Notes under the pieces: model-generated
Databases searched by the model: none
Told to the model about the DNA's origin: nothing
The model's input: only the letters and a program-made list of their open reading frames with translations
Position numbers and translations under genes: made by a program
From: Azolla caroliniana
Taxonomy: Eukaryota > Plantae > Polypodiophyta
NCBI GenBank assembly: GCA_043228905.1
Contig: JBHGNT010000020.1
Coordinates: 14,136,001-14,200,000 of the forward strand
Direction: 5' to 3'
Length of the DNA: 64,000 nucleotides
Shown here: positions 61,271 to 64,000 of the stretch, one piece after another
Position numbering within the stretch: position 1 is the stretch's first letter
How the letters are laid out: each line of letters opens with the position of its first letter

Positions 61271-62908
61271 AAGACGCTGACACAAAAGATAATGTTACCT
61301 TTGTTTCACAGAAATTGGCAAACATAATAATAATATGGCCAATAAACATAGCATTGTGCTTTCCATGAAAACTTGATGTTAGTGCTCTTGCCGCCTTTCC
61401 ATGCACATAAACCATCTCAACTTGTGCAAACAATGTGTTTGAGATGCAATGGGTTATATGTTTCAACTTTGCCATTAAATATTAATGCACATGGATTGTT
61501 GGGGAAATTTCATTTTTGTAAAGTGTTTTCTTTCTACTTTGCTTAGTGGCCCTGAAAAAAACAAATAGGCAGAACTGAAATTCTGATGTTATGCACATTG
61601 ACCTCTTGATGATCCTCAATGCTCATATTTATGAGTTATAATTGCAACTATGGTATATAATGCAATGTCAGCAACACGTTATTTCAAAGTACATCTTTCT
61701 TTTGAGAATTTTGTGATTATCACCAAATTAAATGATTCACTAGAGTAAGAACGATGACTCCACATTCAATCAAGATTTGTGGGGTTGATCAAATGCCTTA
61801 ACCAGATTAGGCAATGAGTCCTCCTATCATGTCCATAACCATGTAGAATTAATTAGTTAATAATGATTCAAAAATCTTTAAACTCTTACAATAAATCTCT
61901 ATTCAATCATGACTTCCAAATTCATTATTTAAACTAAAAGGACAACGTTAAGGGTTCCAATATGCATGATTAAAGAGATCACCAAACTTATATTGATTGA
62001 AACTTTGTAAGTTCATACCAATGACACATCAAAATGACAAGAGCAGATGAATCTTGTGATGAATTCATATCGAAACATGTAGCATGGGAAGCTCCTTTTA
62101 AGATATTTCATAAAATTTACAACAGGGGAATGGCTGCTAACAATTATGTGGAATATCATGTCCGCTTTGAGCATTATACATCTTTGTTTCAATGTCAATT
62201 TGCTCTAATCTCCAGTTTTTTGCATTGCCAACACCAAACTCTACCTTCTCTTGATAAGGTTATGTATGTCACAAGGAGGGGTTGCTTTAGCTTAGATGCA
62301 TTCAAGTAAAGAAATTAGATGGGGCAATCTCAAGCAGTTGATGAAGCAGGACTCTCCCTATACAAATTTCTGAATACAAACTAATTTCTTTTTCCTGAGC
62401 ATCAGCTTTCAATCTCATTTACTTCAACCTTGTCTTGATCTTTGTTGCATGCTAAGTCCCAACACAACAAATAATTATGGAACTACTGCTAATTGTTTAC
62501 GATTTTTTGCTTGTAATTAGTAAAGGTCACATTAAATTATTCATTGTTTTTACAATGGATAGTGCTCATAATATAAGAAGCCAAAAAACATACAATGTAT
62601 GGAAATCTTAACAAGGAATCAGTTTAAAACCCAAAGTGCAGCAATAAAAAGTAAAAACACGTCAATCAAACTTAGATATGTTCTGGAAAACCAAATTACT
62701 CTGTCAGTGCATAAACATACTCATATATTCCCCAAATATTTTGGTATGTTTTTGCTTATTTTGCCGAGTGCCTATAAATTTTCTGAATTTACCCAAATGC
62801 CCTCTGGGTCAACAACATGCTCTTGGAAAATTTATTCTGTTATTTGAGTAATCATTAAGGTCAAAATGCCCTTTTTCTCAATTATATGGTAAATTCATCC
62901 CCTTTTCT

Positions 62909-62909
<1 letters not shown>

Positions 62910-62949
<40 letters not shown>
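62910..62949. repeat. Compound (CT)n(CA)n microsatellite
   Basis: Direct reading. Confidence 0.9.
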
Positions 62950-63357
62950 GCAAGCATTTTGGGTAGGTAATAAAGAAAAACTGAAGGCTATTTCAATTTT
63001 TTTTTCCTTTTAACAGATGGGCTTCTAACCGATAAGAAAACCAACCATTGATATCCAAATCTTTTACATTGGATGAGACCACTTTCTTCTTCCATTTGTT
63101 ACATATTAGACCTTAATAAACTCTAACAGGTACAAAAATATATAGATTTTTTGTTTTGAAAAAAATGGGCTTTGCAACAAGCCAACATGAATCTCTTCAG
63201 AGGAAATCCAGCAACAAAAAAAAACAAAAGGATCTTCAAATCTCCACTCTTGCTTACATTGTTAGGTTTATAAAATCTCTCTTACGGCAGTTACTCATAT
63301 TCGTAACCGTGACAACAACCAAACCCCATGGGATAAACACTTAGATCAAATTGAAAC

Positions 63358-64000
63358 TTAGCTGGATTTGGTTTGTGCGGCAACTTCGGCTGCAAAGTCT
63401 TGGCTACGTTTCTGCAGTCCTTCTCCAAGAACAAACCTCTCAAACCTCCTCACCTTTATATTTTCTCCTATCACGGCTATCTTTTGCTTGATAAGATCCT
63501 TGATTAGCAGTGAATCATCTTTGATATAGGATTGCTCGAGCAATGAGAGCTCGTTAAGTAGCTTCGCGATTCTCCCTTCAACAATCTTTGCTCGTATAGC
63601 CTCCGGTTTCTTAGCCAAATCTTCCTTCTGCATCTCAATCTCCTTCTCTTTTGCAATAAACTCAGCTGGGATGTCTTCAATCGAGATATACTTGACTTGT
63701 TGTGATGCAACGAGTTGCATCGCGAGGTCATCGACAAGTTCTTGGAAGATATTTCCACGGGCGACAAAATCAGTTTCACAATTCACTTCGATAAGGACGC
63801 CAATCCGATTGTCATGAATATAGCTACCCACTCGTCCCTCTGCAGTGATTCGGGTTGATTTCTTCTCAGCACTAGCTAGCCCTTTCTTTCGAAGAAACTC
63901 TCGTGCTTTGTCGAAATCTCCATCATTAGTCTCTAATGCTCTCTTGCAATCCATCATCCCGGCCCCCGTTTCTTCACGGAGCGTCTTCACGAGAGCAGGA
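63358..64000 (-). CDS. tsf: Elongation factor Ts, plastid type, C-terminal part (gene continues beyond window)
   Basis: [45 protein letters not shown]. Confidence 0.95.
   Translation of the reverse strand, partial: PALVKTLREETGAGMMDCKRALETNDGDFDKAREFLRKKGLASAEKKSTRITAEGRVGSYIHDNRIGVLIEVNCETDFVARGNIFQELVDDLAMQLVASQQVKYISIEDIPAEFIAKEKEIEMQKEDLAKKPEAIRAKIVEGRIAKLLNELSLLEQSYIKDDSLLIKDLIKQKIAVIGENIKVRRFERFVLGEGLQKRSQDFAAEVAAQTKSS

Noticed and set aside
63358-64000. Bacterial or plastid DNA insertion (tsf)
   Set aside because: Sequence fits the nuclear-encoded plastid EF-Ts C-terminal domain, with a eukaryotic-style 3' region and no operon neighbours

Overview
Land-plant nuclear DNA. The left 25.8 kb is not a simple tandem of retrotransposons but a strictly ordered nest of four related non-chromovirus Ty3/gypsy LTR elements. 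An old, AT-rich plus-strand copy (E0, pol remnant 1-2311) has its 3' LTR split by three GC-rich minus-strand copies. E3 (2716-24377) sits in the E0 LTR, E2 (2734-17376) inserted 14 nt from the outer tip of E3's 3' LTR, and E1 (2758-10087) inserted 20 nt from the outer tip of E2's 3' LTR. Each has a 4-bp RCGY target duplication in a shared RY-RCGY-GTG context. The displaced LTR tips pile up as a chronological stack of stubs at 2712-2757, and LTR divergence and ORF decay match the nesting order. This points to a sequence-specific retrotransposon that carries its own landing site. The elements use an 18-nt tRNA-Trp PBS, encode gag+protease in ORF1, and appear to reach RT-RH-IN by a -1 frameshift (G GAU UUU UAG plus a predicted pseudoknot). 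The rest of the window is AT-rich. It holds TE debris (LINE 3' end, TA-flanked MITE, copia RT and hAT remnants), a RING-H2 exon, an intronless L-type lectin receptor kinase with a G-box cluster upstream, a multi-exon SWO1/G2484-1-like Agenet gene with an apparent frameshift, a Kazal-type inhibitor gene and the 3' end of plastid EF-Ts. All alignments and mismatch counts were done by eye.
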